Notes under the pieces: generated by a model
The model's input: only the letters and a program-made list of their open reading frames with translations
Databases searched by the model: none
Told to the model about the DNA's origin: nothing
Shown: positions 45,177-55,695 of the stretch, piece by piece
Layout: each line of letters starts with the position of its first letter
Numbering within the stretch: the first letter of the stretch is position 1
Translations under genes and position numbers: made by a program
Assembly: GCA_041306075.1 (NCBI GenBank)
Contig: JBFYKH010000008.1
Location: forward strand, 11,482 to 75,481
DNA: 64,000 bases
Direction of reading: 5' to 3'
Source of the DNA: Candidatus Altiarchaeota archaeon
GTDB lineage: Archaea; Altiarchaeota; Altiarchaeia; IMC4; SCGC-AAA252-I15

Positions 45177-48100
45177 TCACTCGCCCTTGTTCAGGGCTTG
45201 GAAGTACGCCACCCTGATTTTCGCGCCTATCTCGCTGATTTCCACTGCAAGCTTCCTGTATTCGCGCTGGTTCAGGGAGGCCGTCAGCCTGCTTGCCCCG
45301 GCTTCGAGGCCGCCGGTGTCGCCGCCCCGCCGTTGTATCTCCGTTATCATCGCCTGATGCCGGGCGACGACCGCTTCGAGCCGCGTGTACATGGACGAGT
45401 CCTGCTCCTCCGTCCGGCGCTCGCTCTCCACTGCCTTCTTGAGGGCGTCCTCCTCCCGCTGCATCTCCTCCGCTTTCTTCCTCGCGGCCTCCTGCCGCTC
45501 CATAGCCGTAAGGAGCCTCCAGGCTGCCAAGTCCGCAGTGAGTTTGTCCATGGCCTTTTGCCTGAGTTTGTCCAGGTTGTCTTTCCGCTTTTGCGCCTCC
45601 TTTATCTCTTCAGGCGTCGGCTCCGGGGTTTCCGGTGCGCGCTCCCGCTGCTTCGGCTCCTGGGTTTCGGAGGTTCGCTCAGGCGGCTTCGGCTCCCAAT
45701 TCGTCTGCGTCTTGGGCAGGGGGCCGCCGGACGTCGAGTCGGCGGTGGTCGCCGTCGACTTTGGGGGGGATAGGTCTATCCCGAGGAGGGTGGTCTTCGT
45801 CTCCAGGTCGTTGACGCTCCTGGCCCCTAGCTTGTCCAGAAGCTCCTGGGCGCCCTCCTTGTCTCCTCCCTTGAGCCTGGCCTTCACCTCCCTCAATGTC
45901 GAGCGCTTAAGCTCCGCGGCCACTCCCTCGGGCGTAGCCTCGACCGTGGACCCTTTCTTGGCGTATTTCTGGAGCCTTCCGGCCGCATCCTCGGCCCTGC
46001 CGTTCTTCAGGAGTTCGATTGCATCGTCCCTGGTCTGCGCGCGGCCGACGTATTCGTCCACCATCCGGGCGTCCATCTTGGCGAGGCTGGACAGCCCTTC
46101 TATAGTGTAGGAGGTCTTCAGTATGTTGCTCATCGTCTCGTTGTCCACCTTCCCGCGTATCTTCTCAAGGCCGTCGATTGCGTTGTATATGCTGTCCTTC
46201 AGCCGCCTTTTCTCCTCGACCGTGAGGTCTTTGCCGTACGCTTCGATGTAGGTGTCCCGCAGATGCCGCCTGACCTCTTCCGAGCCCCTGAAGCCTCCCT
46301 CGACCGAAGCCTCCGCCGGGAAGTACGAGTTCATCTCGTTTATCATCCTGAACTCGACCTCCCTGCGCTTCAGTATGTGTTTCCTAAGCCGCTCTATCTC
46401 CTTCTCGTCCGTTATGCCGGCCGCCTTCACCCGCTCGTCAAGCTCCTTCCGGGTCGCCGCCTCCAGCGCCTCCTTCCGGAGCGTGCTCATCGTGGCGTCA
46501 ACCCTGAACTTCTCGTGCGCGGCCTCGTGGACGACCGTCCTTTCCGTGTCGCTCCCTATGCTGGCCTGGCTGCCCTTCTCCAGGATTTCTCCGGAGATTA
46601 TGTTCAGGCCGACCACTTCGCCCTTCTTCGGCGGAGAGTTGAAGCCCCCCCAGTTGCCCTTGCTCTCCATGAACTTGTCGACGAGGCCGGGGGAGTCTCC
46701 CTTGCCCTTCCAGTCAGCCTTGTCAACCACTATCGCGTAGGGGGATATGTCGCCTATGCCGCTCGCCCTCATCCGCTCCATGTAAGCCTCGTTCGTGCTC
46801 AAATCGATGAAACTAGCGGACTTCAGGTCTTCGGCGGTGACGTCCTTGCCCCGCCGTTTAGTCGACTCGATTAGGTAGTTTACCGCCGCCTCCCTCTCCT
46901 TGGAGCCTTCGGCGGCGTTGAGCCCGGACAGTATCGCCTTGTGCTCTTCCTCGGCCCGGTCGTGCCGTATCTGCCTGACATGCCTTAGGATTCCCTCGAC
47001 CTGCTGGCCTGAAGCGCCTTCGGACCGCATCTTGTCGGTGATGATTCTGTCGGACATGTTGTATAGCGTCTCGTTCGTGGCGATGCCAGTGTCCCTGTTC
47101 CTGCGCATCTTGTCGAGGGCGGTTTTGACCGACGCGTCCGTCATAACCTGGTCGGGACTCATGCCGGTCATCCTGCCGACCATCTCAAGCTCGGCCGCGG
47201 CCTCGTTGTTGTCGTAGAGGCTCACGCCGTTGCGTTTCAGCGATTCGGCGTACGCCGTCTGCTCAGGCGTCAACGGCACATCGGCTGCATAAGCTCCCGG
47301 CATCGGGGTCGAGACGCCCAGGGATGCCCTGTCTCTCCTGCCGGAACGGGCGCCGCCAGCATCGGCCACCTGGCCCCCGAGCGGCCCGGAGCTGCCAGTC
47401 GGCTCCTGCATCATCTGGCTTGCCGGCACGTCCGGCGTGATGCCGCTCTTCTGCCAGAATTCTCCGGGTTGTATTTGCTTTGAGAGCTCCGGGTTCGAAG
47501 AGTATATGGAGGCGAGGTTCCGGGCCTTGACTTCGCCTGAGTCGAGCCTCTTCACGTAGTCCTGCACGGTGCTGGACTTGTATATGTCCGGCATGTTCCG
47601 CTCGAAGAGCTGCCTCTGCCCGCTCTCCTGGCTGAGGAGGAACCTCCAGTTCGGGTTGTTGTGGTCGAGGAAGTCGGCCTCTGTCTTGTAGGGGCCCGTA
47701 CCCCAGTTAGCCCTCGTGAACGACGTGTTCAGCACGTCGAAGTGGCTTTGCATCCGCTCCGTCCCCGAGCCGTCCTCCTTCCAGCGGAACCATCCGTTCG
47801 GGTTCCTGAACCCGAGTTCGGAATGCGTCCTGAGGTTCTCTATGTCCCGGTCGGCAAACGACGGGAACATCCCCTTGAGTTCGGCGGACGAGTAGCGTTC
47901 GGTGTTGCCGTGCCCGCTAACCCACCCCTTGAGGGAGAGCTCCATGCCCGTGAACCTGTTCCTCTGCAGGTCGTCGCTGAGGCTCTGCGCCTGCACCTGG
48001 ACGGCCTTCATCTCTTCGTCCGCTATCTGGCCTGCGAGGCCGCCTACGTAGCCGAGGCCGCCGGCGACGGTGCCGAGGCCGGGAAGCACTACCGTGCCTT

Positions 48101-51100
48101 TGGCGAGGGCTTCGGCGAGGCCTACAGCCCCGTCCGAGTATGACCCTGTCGCTTGAGCGCCCTCCTGGTAGCCGGCGTACGTCGCGAAGCCGGCGCCGAG
48201 CGCCCTGCCCGCCAGCGGGCCGGCCTTTGCCGAGAACTTGGGCGCTATCTTGGCTACCCCCGCCTCCACACCTTTTTGCGCAAGGCCTAAGCCGGCCATC
48301 TGGGCCGTGCTCACCCCTAGGTTGGCGGCGACCTGGCCTGCTTCGACCGGTTTGCCGCGCAGGACGTCTCCGGCCAGGTCTATGGCCTCGAACTGGGCTG
48401 CACCCTTCACGGACGACGTCAGGTGCGTGCCGACGCTGCGGAACACTCCATGCTTGGGGGCCTGACCCCCATCAGGCTGGGCTGCCGGAGAGACCATATG
48501 CCTTGGCATCGCCGGCGCCTCCACGAGTTGACCATCCATGTAGATGCTTGTCAAGCGGACCCCGGGCGGAATCTTCTCCAGGGTGAGGGCGTCGGTTAGT
48601 CCTCCGCTGACATGCTTTACCTTGAAGTCGAGTGCGCCCTGCGGGTTCTCGGTTACTGTGAGTTTAGCCACGGGCGTTGGAGCGCTCGGGCCATGGAGTT
48701 CGCCGCCGGAGAGGGTCGATATTTTCTGGCCTATTGAGCCTTTTTTTCGCTCAAGGATTTGGCTTGGGTAATAGGGTTTAACTACCGTCCCTGAGGGTAC
48801 CGGTCCGGTACCCTCCATCCTCACCTTTGTCTGGAGGCCGATGTCGGACTGTCTGAACGCGCCCGTGCTGCATGAGTCCAGGACGGTCACGACCCGCCCG
48901 GTCTCAGGCACGGTCCCCCGTATTATCTCAAGTGCCCTTTCGTTCGGTATCTCCTCGGTCTTTATCCCTGAGAAGAGTCCGAATTTAGTCTTTTTACTGT
49001 AGAGGTCTGAGGTCTTGAGGTAGGCCGGAGAGTTGTGGAGGTCTCCCTGGAATCGCGGGTCCTGCTGGTACGCGTAGGGGTCGCCGAGCTGTATAGAGTC
49101 TGGCGTCCCGTGCCCGCCCAGTATCCTGTATTGTGGGGCGCCGACCATCCGGGTGTGGCGTAGCATGGCCCTGGCCAGTTCCGGCGTGTTGCCGGCCTCG
49201 TAGAACATAAAGCCGTGGTCTTGGGCGAGTTTTATGTTGTCGGCCTGGTTGTAGAGCGCCCCGTTCCAGTCGGCCTTTGCGTTGACTATGATTCCGGAGT
49301 GTTTCGGTTTATACTGGCCGGATTCTATGAGCCGGTGCTGGTTGTACTGGTTGAGTAGGGCGTCGACGCCGTATCTGCCGAAGACCGTAATGCCGTATCT
49401 TTCATTCAGCAGTTTGGCTGCGCCAGGCTGCCTTTGCTCCAGGTCGTTGAGGACGCCTATGTTTGAGCCAAGGTGGTAGGGATTGTTCGCCCACCATGTG
49501 ACTGCCGTCCTCCCAGGGTTCAGCCCGGTTTTTGCAATAACTTCTTGCGCTACGAAGACGCTGGCAAATTTTTCGGACGGGCTTCCCATCTTGGAGGAAT
49601 GCGGCGGGGGGAGCTTTAACTTGCCGTCAGGAGACGGCAGGGGCTCGCCTCTCATCGCCGCTGCCAGATTGCTAGTCAGCGCAGCCCGGTTGATTGTGTC
49701 GCCGCCGGCCATGACATCCCTCATCAGCGCCGTAGCCCCCTTGCCGAATTCAGGGTCGTTTGCCGCCAGCTCGATGAGGTACCTCATCTTCATAGTTTCC
49801 GAGGGCAGGGGCGGAAGGGTTGTGGCGCCCACCCGGAGGGGCTTGATTTCCTGGGCGAAGTGGTTCAGTAGTTCGCCCTGGTTCTGCTTCAGGAACTCCT
49901 TTGCCCCCTGGTTGCCGTTCTGGATTTGGGTGTTGAGTTCATGAAGGGTGTTGTTGGCGGCTGCCTTGTCGCTCAGGCTGTCGAGGATGGCCTTGCGGTC
50001 CGCCTCAGCCGACGGCCCCGTGCCTGCCGCCGAAGCCCATATGCTCGAAGGGAACGGGGTTGTTTTTGGCGGCGTCCCGGCTACGGGTGTGGCCGCCGCC
50101 CCCAGCTTTACCGCCGGCATCATGGTTTTGTCGGCGATGTATTCTTCCGACGTCTGGCCTGTGACGGCCGGCGCTATCTCGGCGCGCTCCAGGATGCTTG
50201 CGGGGTCGCGCTGGAACAGCCGGTTGACGCCGCCTGCGGAGTCCGCCATCCCGAGCACCTGCCGTCTCACGTTGTCCGGGTCCCTAACCGCCCCGGTGTG
50301 GGCCATCTGCGACAGCTTGGATTCGAACCTCCTCGCCTCCTCGGCCGTGGCTCCGAGCCTCTCGTCCTCCTTGGGCGTGGCCAGTAGGCTGTTGTATGCC
50401 TGCATCTTCGCCTCCTCCTGCCGGTTCTCCGCTTCAATCCGCTCCGCGTATCTCTTGGCCTTCAGCTCGTCCTCGCTGACCGGCTGCCGGTCGGCTCCGG
50501 GGGGATTGGGTGCCGTCCCTTGTGGGGCCGGGGCTCTGGCCGTAGGCTCCCCGCCCGAGGGCACCGGCGCGCCGACCTTGGGCATCGGAGCGGCCGGAGG
50601 CTTCATGGGGCCTTGTGTCTGGATTTTGACGCCTGAGCCGTGCGCCGGCCCCGGCGATTCGGCCTGCCCCGGCGTCTGGGCTTCTGTTGTCGCGTTGACG
50701 GACGGGGGGATTTGCCGTCCGAGGCTGCCAGACTGCGCTCCGTCCTCCCTCATCACGGAGACGCCGCCGCCCGATGTGCCGGACGACGTCGACGAGACGA
50801 CGGTTGCGGGAGACTGCGATTCCTCGCTCATTGATGGCGACTCCTCTGCTGGCGCGCGCCTTGACGGCGGCCGTGGCTGTTGCGGCTGCCCCATGGAAGG
50901 AGGCCTCGCGGCTGAAGCCCGGGTTGCGCGGCGCGCAGCCGATTGCCCGCCGCCCGTCAACACCGCCGCCTGGGAGGATGACGAGGGAGCGTCCGGCGAG
51001 GACGGTGGGGATGGGGCTGAGGCCGCCCGCTGCAGCGTCGTCCCCGCTCCTGCCGCCCCGGCTCCGGCGATTACCGGGGCCGTGGACGCGTTGATTGGCA

Positions 51101-52412
51101 TGCCTGCGGGCGCCGTGGAGCCGCTTGCCCCATGCGCGCCCGAGGCGCCTGAGGAGGACATGGACCTTGGGCCGACACGCCCGCCCGAGAAAGGGGACCT
51201 TCCGCCCATAAACGGCCCGCCAGGCTCGCCGAGCCTGTCCATAGGCGAGTCCGGGACCTGCCCCTGCGCGCTTGGGCCGCCGCCCACGTGGTCGCCCACC
51301 AGGCGGCCGATTGTGAACAGCTGGGCGGACGTCGTGACCGCGGTCGCCACGCTGCCTGAGCGCATCCAGGTACCGAGGAACCTCGTCATCTGGGTCACAG
51401 GCCTCACACCCGACACAGTTACGAGGGCGCCTATCCACCCCATCATCTGCATGCCAACCATGGGGGCGAGGAGGACTCCGAGGTAGGCGGCTAGCATGAG
51501 TATGAAGTCAAGGAGCGTCGGGGCGTACGCGGTGTTCGCGAGCATGAGGCCGACGCACAGGAACAGCGTCTGGAGTATCTGGACCATGAAGATGAGTATC
51601 GTGAACTTCCAGAGCCTGGTTCCGATGCCCCGCATTGAGAAGAGCGGGTTCGGTATGTCCGTGAAGAACATGAAGAGGATGAGCGGGAATATGCACGCCA
51701 TCACGTAGACGAGGAAGTACCGGTAGGCGGCAAGCGGCGCCGCAATAGCCGTGACTATGAGGAAGAACAGCATGGTGCAGCAGTATTTCGCTTCGGTGAA
51801 CGTGAAGACCACGGTCGACACCGTGGTGACCGAGGACCGGGACAGCGCCGTCTGTATGAGGGTGTCGCATATCTCCCGGACTATGTCCAGCATGAACTGG
51901 AATATCGCCGGCGAGAGCGAGACCAGGACCATGCCGACGAACACTCGGACGAACATGTCCTTCGCGTTCACCCTCCCCTGCGGGGAGCCGGACATGAATA
52001 TCAGGTAAATACCTATCATGATTATGGCGAGGGCGTAGAAGAGCTGCAGCATCTCCATTATCCTGACGTTGACCGCCCGGATGCCCTGGTCCTCCGGCAT
52101 GCTGAACTCGACCTGGCCGCCGTCTATCAGGTGTATCACGTATGCCTCGCAGTCGCCGCTCGGCGCAAAGACGCACGGGTTGATTTGCGTGAACACCCAG
52201 ATGGGCGTGAGCGTCACCTCCAGTATGGTTTCCGAGACCAGTTCGACGAACGCCTTGGCCGCCTCGAAGACCATGAGGACCCACAGGTTGGCGCCCCAGA
52301 TCTGCGCGATAACGGGGGTTGCTATGAGGAGGAGGACGGCGAAGGCTATCGCTAGCCTGCGTGCGACGACTTTTCGGCCTTTCGGCTCCCCGTCTTGAGA
52401 ATCTGCCATCAA
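45177..52412 (-). CDS. Giant (2411 aa) polytopic membrane protein: signal peptide + ~6-TM module, Pro/Ser/Gly/Ala-rich linker, ~1600-aa hydrophilic region with caspase/CHAT-like His...Cys motifs, HExxH motif and C-terminal coiled coil
   Basis: Single uninterrupted ORF. The N-terminal TM module is homologous to that of the upstream 52409..55585 gene (FYALAIIMIGIYLIFMSGSPQGRVNAKDMFVRVFVGMVLVSLSPAIFQFMLDIV vs LYALLIILTGIYYVWASISPNIRAMVKTQLTYLIVGMIACGLSLQIFDILLEL). 4-nt start/stop overlap (ATGA) with the upstream gene. Confidence 0.8.
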   Translation of the reverse strand: MMADSQDGEPKGRKVVARRLAIAFAVLLLIATPVIAQIWGANLWVLMVFEAAKAFVELVSETILEVTLTPIWVFTQINPCVFAPSGDCEAYVIHLIDGGQVEFSMPEDQGIRAVNVRIMEMLQLFYALAIIMIGIYLIFMSGSPQGRVNAKDMFVRVFVGMVLVSLSPAIFQFMLDIVREICDTLIQTALSRSSVTTVSTVVFTFTEAKYCCTMLFFLIVTAIAAPLAAYRYFLVYVMACIFPLILFMFFTDIPNPLFSMRGIGTRLWKFTILIFMVQILQTLFLCVGLMLANTAYAPTLLDFILMLAAYLGVLLAPMVGMQMMGWIGALVTVSGVRPVTQMTRFLGTWMRSGSVATAVTTSAQLFTIGRLVGDHVGGGPSAQGQVPDSPMDRLGEPGGPFMGGRSPFSGGRVGPRSMSSSGASGAHGASGSTAPAGMPINASTAPVIAGAGAAGAGTTLQRAASAPSPPSSPDAPSSSSQAAVLTGGGQSAARRATRASAARPPSMGQPQQPRPPSRRAPAEESPSMSEESQSPATVVSSTSSGTSGGGVSVMREDGAQSGSLGRQIPPSVNATTEAQTPGQAESPGPAHGSGVKIQTQGPMKPPAAPMPKVGAPVPSGGEPTARAPAPQGTAPNPPGADRQPVSEDELKAKRYAERIEAENRQEEAKMQAYNSLLATPKEDERLGATAEEARRFESKLSQMAHTGAVRDPDNVRRQVLGMADSAGGVNRLFQRDPASILERAEIAPAVTGQTSEEYIADKTMMPAVKLGAAATPVAGTPPKTTPFPSSIWASAAGTGPSAEADRKAILDSLSDKAAANNTLHELNTQIQNGNQGAKEFLKQNQGELLNHFAQEIKPLRVGATTLPPLPSETMKMRYLIELAANDPEFGKGATALMRDVMAGGDTINRAALTSNLAAAMRGEPLPSPDGKLKLPPPHSSKMGSPSEKFASVFVAQEVIAKTGLNPGRTAVTWWANNPYHLGSNIGVLNDLEQRQPGAAKLLNERYGITVFGRYGVDALLNQYNQHRLIESGQYKPKHSGIIVNAKADWNGALYNQADNIKLAQDHGFMFYEAGNTPELARAMLRHTRMVGAPQYRILGGHGTPDSIQLGDPYAYQQDPRFQGDLHNSPAYLKTSDLYSKKTKFGLFSGIKTEEIPNERALEIIRGTVPETGRVVTVLDSCSTGAFRQSDIGLQTKVRMEGTGPVPSGTVVKPYYPSQILERKKGSIGQKISTLSGGELHGPSAPTPVAKLTVTENPQGALDFKVKHVSGGLTDALTLEKIPPGVRLTSIYMDGQLVEAPAMPRHMVSPAAQPDGGQAPKHGVFRSVGTHLTSSVKGAAQFEAIDLAGDVLRGKPVEAGQVAANLGVSTAQMAGLGLAQKGVEAGVAKIAPKFSAKAGPLAGRALGAGFATYAGYQEGAQATGSYSDGAVGLAEALAKGTVVLPGLGTVAGGLGYVGGLAGQIADEEMKAVQVQAQSLSDDLQRNRFTGMELSLKGWVSGHGNTERYSSAELKGMFPSFADRDIENLRTHSELGFRNPNGWFRWKEDGSGTERMQSHFDVLNTSFTRANWGTGPYKTEADFLDHNNPNWRFLLSQESGQRQLFERNMPDIYKSSTVQDYVKRLDSGEVKARNLASIYSSNPELSKQIQPGEFWQKSGITPDVPASQMMQEPTGSSGPLGGQVADAGGARSGRRDRASLGVSTPMPGAYAADVPLTPEQTAYAESLKRNGVSLYDNNEAAAELEMVGRMTGMSPDQVMTDASVKTALDKMRRNRDTGIATNETLYNMSDRIITDKMRSEGASGQQVEGILRHVRQIRHDRAEEEHKAILSGLNAAEGSKEREAAVNYLIESTKRRGKDVTAEDLKSASFIDLSTNEAYMERMRASGIGDISPYAIVVDKADWKGKGDSPGLVDKFMESKGNWGGFNSPPKKGEVVGLNIISGEILEKGSQASIGSDTERTVVHEAAHEKFRVDATMSTLRKEALEAATRKELDERVKAAGITDEKEIERLRKHILKRREVEFRMINEMNSYFPAEASVEGGFRGSEEVRRHLRDTYIEAYGKDLTVEEKRRLKDSIYNAIDGLEKIRGKVDNETMSNILKTSYTIEGLSSLAKMDARMVDEYVGRAQTRDDAIELLKNGRAEDAAGRLQKYAKKGSTVEATPEGVAAELKRSTLREVKARLKGGDKEGAQELLDKLGARSVNDLETKTTLLGIDLSPPKSTATTADSTSGGPLPKTQTNWEPKPPERTSETQEPKQRERAPETPEPTPEEIKEAQKRKDNLDKLRQKAMDKLTADLAAWRLLTAMERQEAARKKAEEMQREEDALKKAVESERRTEEQDSSMYTRLEAVVARHQAMITEIQRRGGDTGGLEAGASRLTASLNQREYRKLAVEISEIGAKIRVAYFQALNKGE

Positions 52413-55400
52413 CCACCCCCCCGGCCGGGTTTCTGTTTGGCCAGGGATTCGATGAGGGCGTACCTTTGCGCCCGGTTAACGTCGTTGTTGGCCCTCGCCA
52501 GGTATTCGCCCTGGTTTGTGACGCCAGCCCAGTTCTTCTTGGCCGCGTCCGAGTATGCGAGGTATGCCGCGTGATACCGCACGTTCTGGCTGCTCATCCT
52601 GGATTTGACAGCCCCTCCCGAGAGCGCATCCTTGGCCGCGTTCAGGTACTGCTCACGCTCATTCTGGCCGAGGCCCGAGTAGACCTGCCAGGCCACGGCC
52701 TCGCCGTCTCCGACGTCGGAGTATGCGCTGTCGCGCCTGTCGCGGGCGGACCTGAGGTTTGCCGCGGCCGCCCCGGACGTCCTTTCCCATTCGGCCACGT
52801 CATGGCCGAACAGCTTCTGTTCTGCGGCGGACAGGCCGGTCCACGTCTTGCCCATGATGGCAGCCGCTTCCGCCTGCGGGAGCGCCTTCCAGCCGGGGCT
52901 GTTCAGGTCCTTCGATTCGAACGCCGCCTGGGCTCTTGATTCGCTCTTCTGCCTGCCTTCGGCGGCATCGGACAGTTCGTCCCTGGCCTTAGACACGCCG
53001 TCCAGGGAGAGGTCTTGGGGGGATGTGGTGTAAAGACCCATGAGCCCTACGTCCGTGATTGTGGTCTGCACGGCCTGCGACTGCGAGACCCCGGCATACC
53101 TTCCGTACGCCTTGTTCATCGCCTGCTCGACCCTGCTCCTTGATTTCGCGTCCTGTGCGCCCTCGTAGTCCTTCTTCCAGCCCATCCGCTTGCGCATGTT
53201 CTCCGGTGTCGCCTCCCACACGTCCTGCCGGTCCAACAGGACGGCGTTGCGGTTGGCGTCGAGGGCCTCGGCTTTCGCGAGCTTGTCGTTGGCTCCGCCC
53301 TTGCCGTCGTAGCCGAGCTGGGCCTGCCGCCATTGTGGCGTGCCCCCCCACGCCTTGTCTTCAGTGACCGCTGCCGCGCGCTGGTAGAAACCGTACGCCC
53401 GGTCGACTGCCCCGGCCCGGGTGGACGGGTCATCCTCCTTGTAGCCGAACGACTTCAGTTCCCGGTCGGTGAGGGATGCGCGGACCTGGTCCTTGGACAT
53501 CTGCCCCCCGTTCTTGGCTTCGGCCTCCATTAGCTTCTCCTGTATCGGCTTGCGTTCCTGCGCCTTCGCGCGGATGTTGTTGTGCGCCTCCCCGTCTCCT
53601 GCCACCCTCTCGCCCATCCGCTTGAACATCCTTGTGCCTGTGCCCATCGCGACCGCGGCAGTGGCCATTATACCGAGGCCCACCACGGGCGCCATGGGCA
53701 GCATGAGAAGTGCTATTGGAAACCCTAGTTTAGAGCCGAGTATTGCTGCCTTCACCGCCGGCGGCGTGCCCTCTCCCGGCTTGTATCCCTTGTACATGTC
53801 GGCTGCGGTGTTCGCGAGGTCTCCGGATATGCCCTTGACGCTGAGCCAGCCGTGGTTGAACATGGTCTTGCCGGTCGCAGGGTCCTTCTCCCAGCGGCCG
53901 GTCATCTTCCACGAGACGTTGGCAAGGCTCTTGCCTATCGGGTAGTCGGCTATGCTTCCGCGGAGCATGCCCCTCAGGAAGTAGCCGGCGGGGGGCAAGA
54001 GGAACTTCGCGTTGGCTGCGAGGCCGGCGGCCTGCCACCCCACCTTCCCCAGGCCTGAGGACTGCGCGTAGCGCATGCCATAGTACTGCTGCGACGACAT
54101 GTACTCCGGGGGCGTGCCGGCCTCGACCGGGTCCCCGAAGAGCAGCCTGTTCCGCCTCTCCTGTAGGCTGATGCCCTTGTCGAAGACGCCTCCGCCGGCG
54201 GCTCCCGTCTCCCGGACGCCGTCCCCGAGGCCGCTCTGTGCATAAGTCGGCTTAGACCCCGACGCCGCAAGATGCTCCGCTGAAGCCTTCCTGGCGCCTT
54301 CGGAGTACGGCGGCGGAGGCTGAGCCGCCCCGGCGCCAAGCGGCCCATCCCCCCTTGAGGGGATGTTGTAGCCCGCGGCCGACGCCTCGGAGGCCTGAGT
54401 CCTCGACGACAGCCGTTCCGCGTGCATGGCAGCCGAGGTTATGGCCGCGGCGCCCTGGCCCTGTATCATGCTCCCGATGAACACCAGCCTCGGGTTGCCC
54501 ATAGTCTGGCCCGCGTAGATGAACGCGGCTCCTGCGATGCCGGTCATGCTGGCTATCATCATCGGGCTGAACCCTATCATCGCGAACGCGACGAGCGCCG
54601 CCATGGCGCTCGTCAAAGCCATGCCCAGGGAGGACGCGGTGTCGAGGAAGGCCTGGGACAGCACCATGAATATGGCCATGGGAATCGGCAGGAATATCCA
54701 CGTCAGCGTGAGCTTCATCAGCTTGTTGCCCATGCCCCGGAGGTAGTCGAACGACATGCAGAATACCGTGAACGGAAATATACCGCCGAAGACCAGGACG
54801 ACGTCGAAGCGGATGGCCAGTATTATGTACGGGAGGATTATCGCGGCCACGAGCATCAGCACGATAGGCCATATGAGCGCGACCCCGACTCCGCCGGTGG
54901 CGACGAGTATCAGCGCTATGATGCTGCCTCCGACGGCTACTCCCGGGAGTCCGGTCTTCAGGAACCCCGTGATAGGGTCCCAGTTGGTTGGCACTATCCG
55001 GTTGCCAGCAAACTGGACGCTCAGTATCTCGTCGAGGAGGAAGTTGTTCAGTTCGAGGAGTATGTCGAATATCTGCAGGGAGAGCCCGCACGCTATCATG
55101 CCGACTATCAGGTAGGTGAGCTGCGTCTTCACCATGGCGCGGATGTTCGGGGATATGGACGCCCAGACGTAGTATATTCCCGTCAGTATTATGAGGAGGG
55201 CGTAGAGGGGTATCAGGAGGTTGAATATCGTCGGGGCCAGGAACTCCCGTATCACCGGGTGCCTGGAGTCAAGGTCGCGTATCTGGACCGGGACGACGCC
55301 CAGGAACTTGCTCCTCTTCCCGTAGAGGAGGCCCATGAACATGCCCCTGTAGGTCTTTATGCCGCTGAGGGAGTGGAGCATCGTGTCGCCGCCTTTTGCG

Positions 55401-55585
55401 ACTATGACCTTCCCGGACTGGTCCTTGGCGTTATCGGTGTCCTTCGAACTCCTCTTGTCCATATCCTCCCCGGTGAGGGGATTCTCGTTGCCCTGGGCCT
55501 GGACGGAGAGGGCGTACTGTGACAACAGGAGGCAGGACGCGACATAGACGAGTAAAACGCGTTTTATTATCTCACCCTTCGCCAT
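52409..55585 (-). CDS. Large (~1058 aa) polytopic membrane protein, paralogous N-terminal module to the 2411-aa protein, helical C-terminal region with one extra TM pair
   Basis: Signal peptide MAKGEIIKRVLLVYVASCLLLSQYALSVQAQG. Start set at 55585 because the TATA-like cttaaatata overlaps the first ATG at 55609. Six TMs, then a Gly/Ala/Pro linker and an Ala/Lys/Glu-rich helical domain. Confidence 0.8.
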   Translation of the reverse strand: MAKGEIIKRVLLVYVASCLLLSQYALSVQAQGNENPLTGEDMDKRSSKDTDNAKDQSGKVIVAKGGDTMLHSLSGIKTYRGMFMGLLYGKRSKFLGVVPVQIRDLDSRHPVIREFLAPTIFNLLIPLYALLIILTGIYYVWASISPNIRAMVKTQLTYLIVGMIACGLSLQIFDILLELNNFLLDEILSVQFAGNRIVPTNWDPITGFLKTGLPGVAVGGSIIALILVATGGVGVALIWPIVLMLVAAIILPYIILAIRFDVVLVFGGIFPFTVFCMSFDYLRGMGNKLMKLTLTWIFLPIPMAIFMVLSQAFLDTASSLGMALTSAMAALVAFAMIGFSPMMIASMTGIAGAAFIYAGQTMGNPRLVFIGSMIQGQGAAAITSAAMHAERLSSRTQASEASAAGYNIPSRGDGPLGAGAAQPPPPYSEGARKASAEHLAASGSKPTYAQSGLGDGVRETGAAGGGVFDKGISLQERRNRLLFGDPVEAGTPPEYMSSQQYYGMRYAQSSGLGKVGWQAAGLAANAKFLLPPAGYFLRGMLRGSIADYPIGKSLANVSWKMTGRWEKDPATGKTMFNHGWLSVKGISGDLANTAADMYKGYKPGEGTPPAVKAAILGSKLGFPIALLMLPMAPVVGLGIMATAAVAMGTGTRMFKRMGERVAGDGEAHNNIRAKAQERKPIQEKLMEAEAKNGGQMSKDQVRASLTDRELKSFGYKEDDPSTRAGAVDRAYGFYQRAAAVTEDKAWGGTPQWRQAQLGYDGKGGANDKLAKAEALDANRNAVLLDRQDVWEATPENMRKRMGWKKDYEGAQDAKSRSRVEQAMNKAYGRYAGVSQSQAVQTTITDVGLMGLYTTSPQDLSLDGVSKARDELSDAAEGRQKSESRAQAAFESKDLNSPGWKALPQAEAAAIMGKTWTGLSAAEQKLFGHDVAEWERTSGAAAANLRSARDRRDSAYSDVGDGEAVAWQVYSGLGQNEREQYLNAAKDALSGGAVKSRMSSQNVRYHAAYLAYSDAAKKNWAGVTNQGEYLARANNDVNRAQRYALIESLAKQKPGRGGG

Positions 55586-55695
55586 GCCATTTAGGATTTG
55601 GTGTTGCATATATTTAAGGGGTATTTGGACGGGTTCGCGGCCTTTTTTTAACGTTTTATTGGCGCTCGGGTAATGTAGTTCAAGGTAGCGTCAAA

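Noticed and set aside
50314-50334. tRNA T-arm-like ggattcgaacc motif
   Set aside because: It lies inside the uninterrupted 2411-aa coding sequence, with no acceptor or anticodon stem context. No tRNA gene was found in the window.
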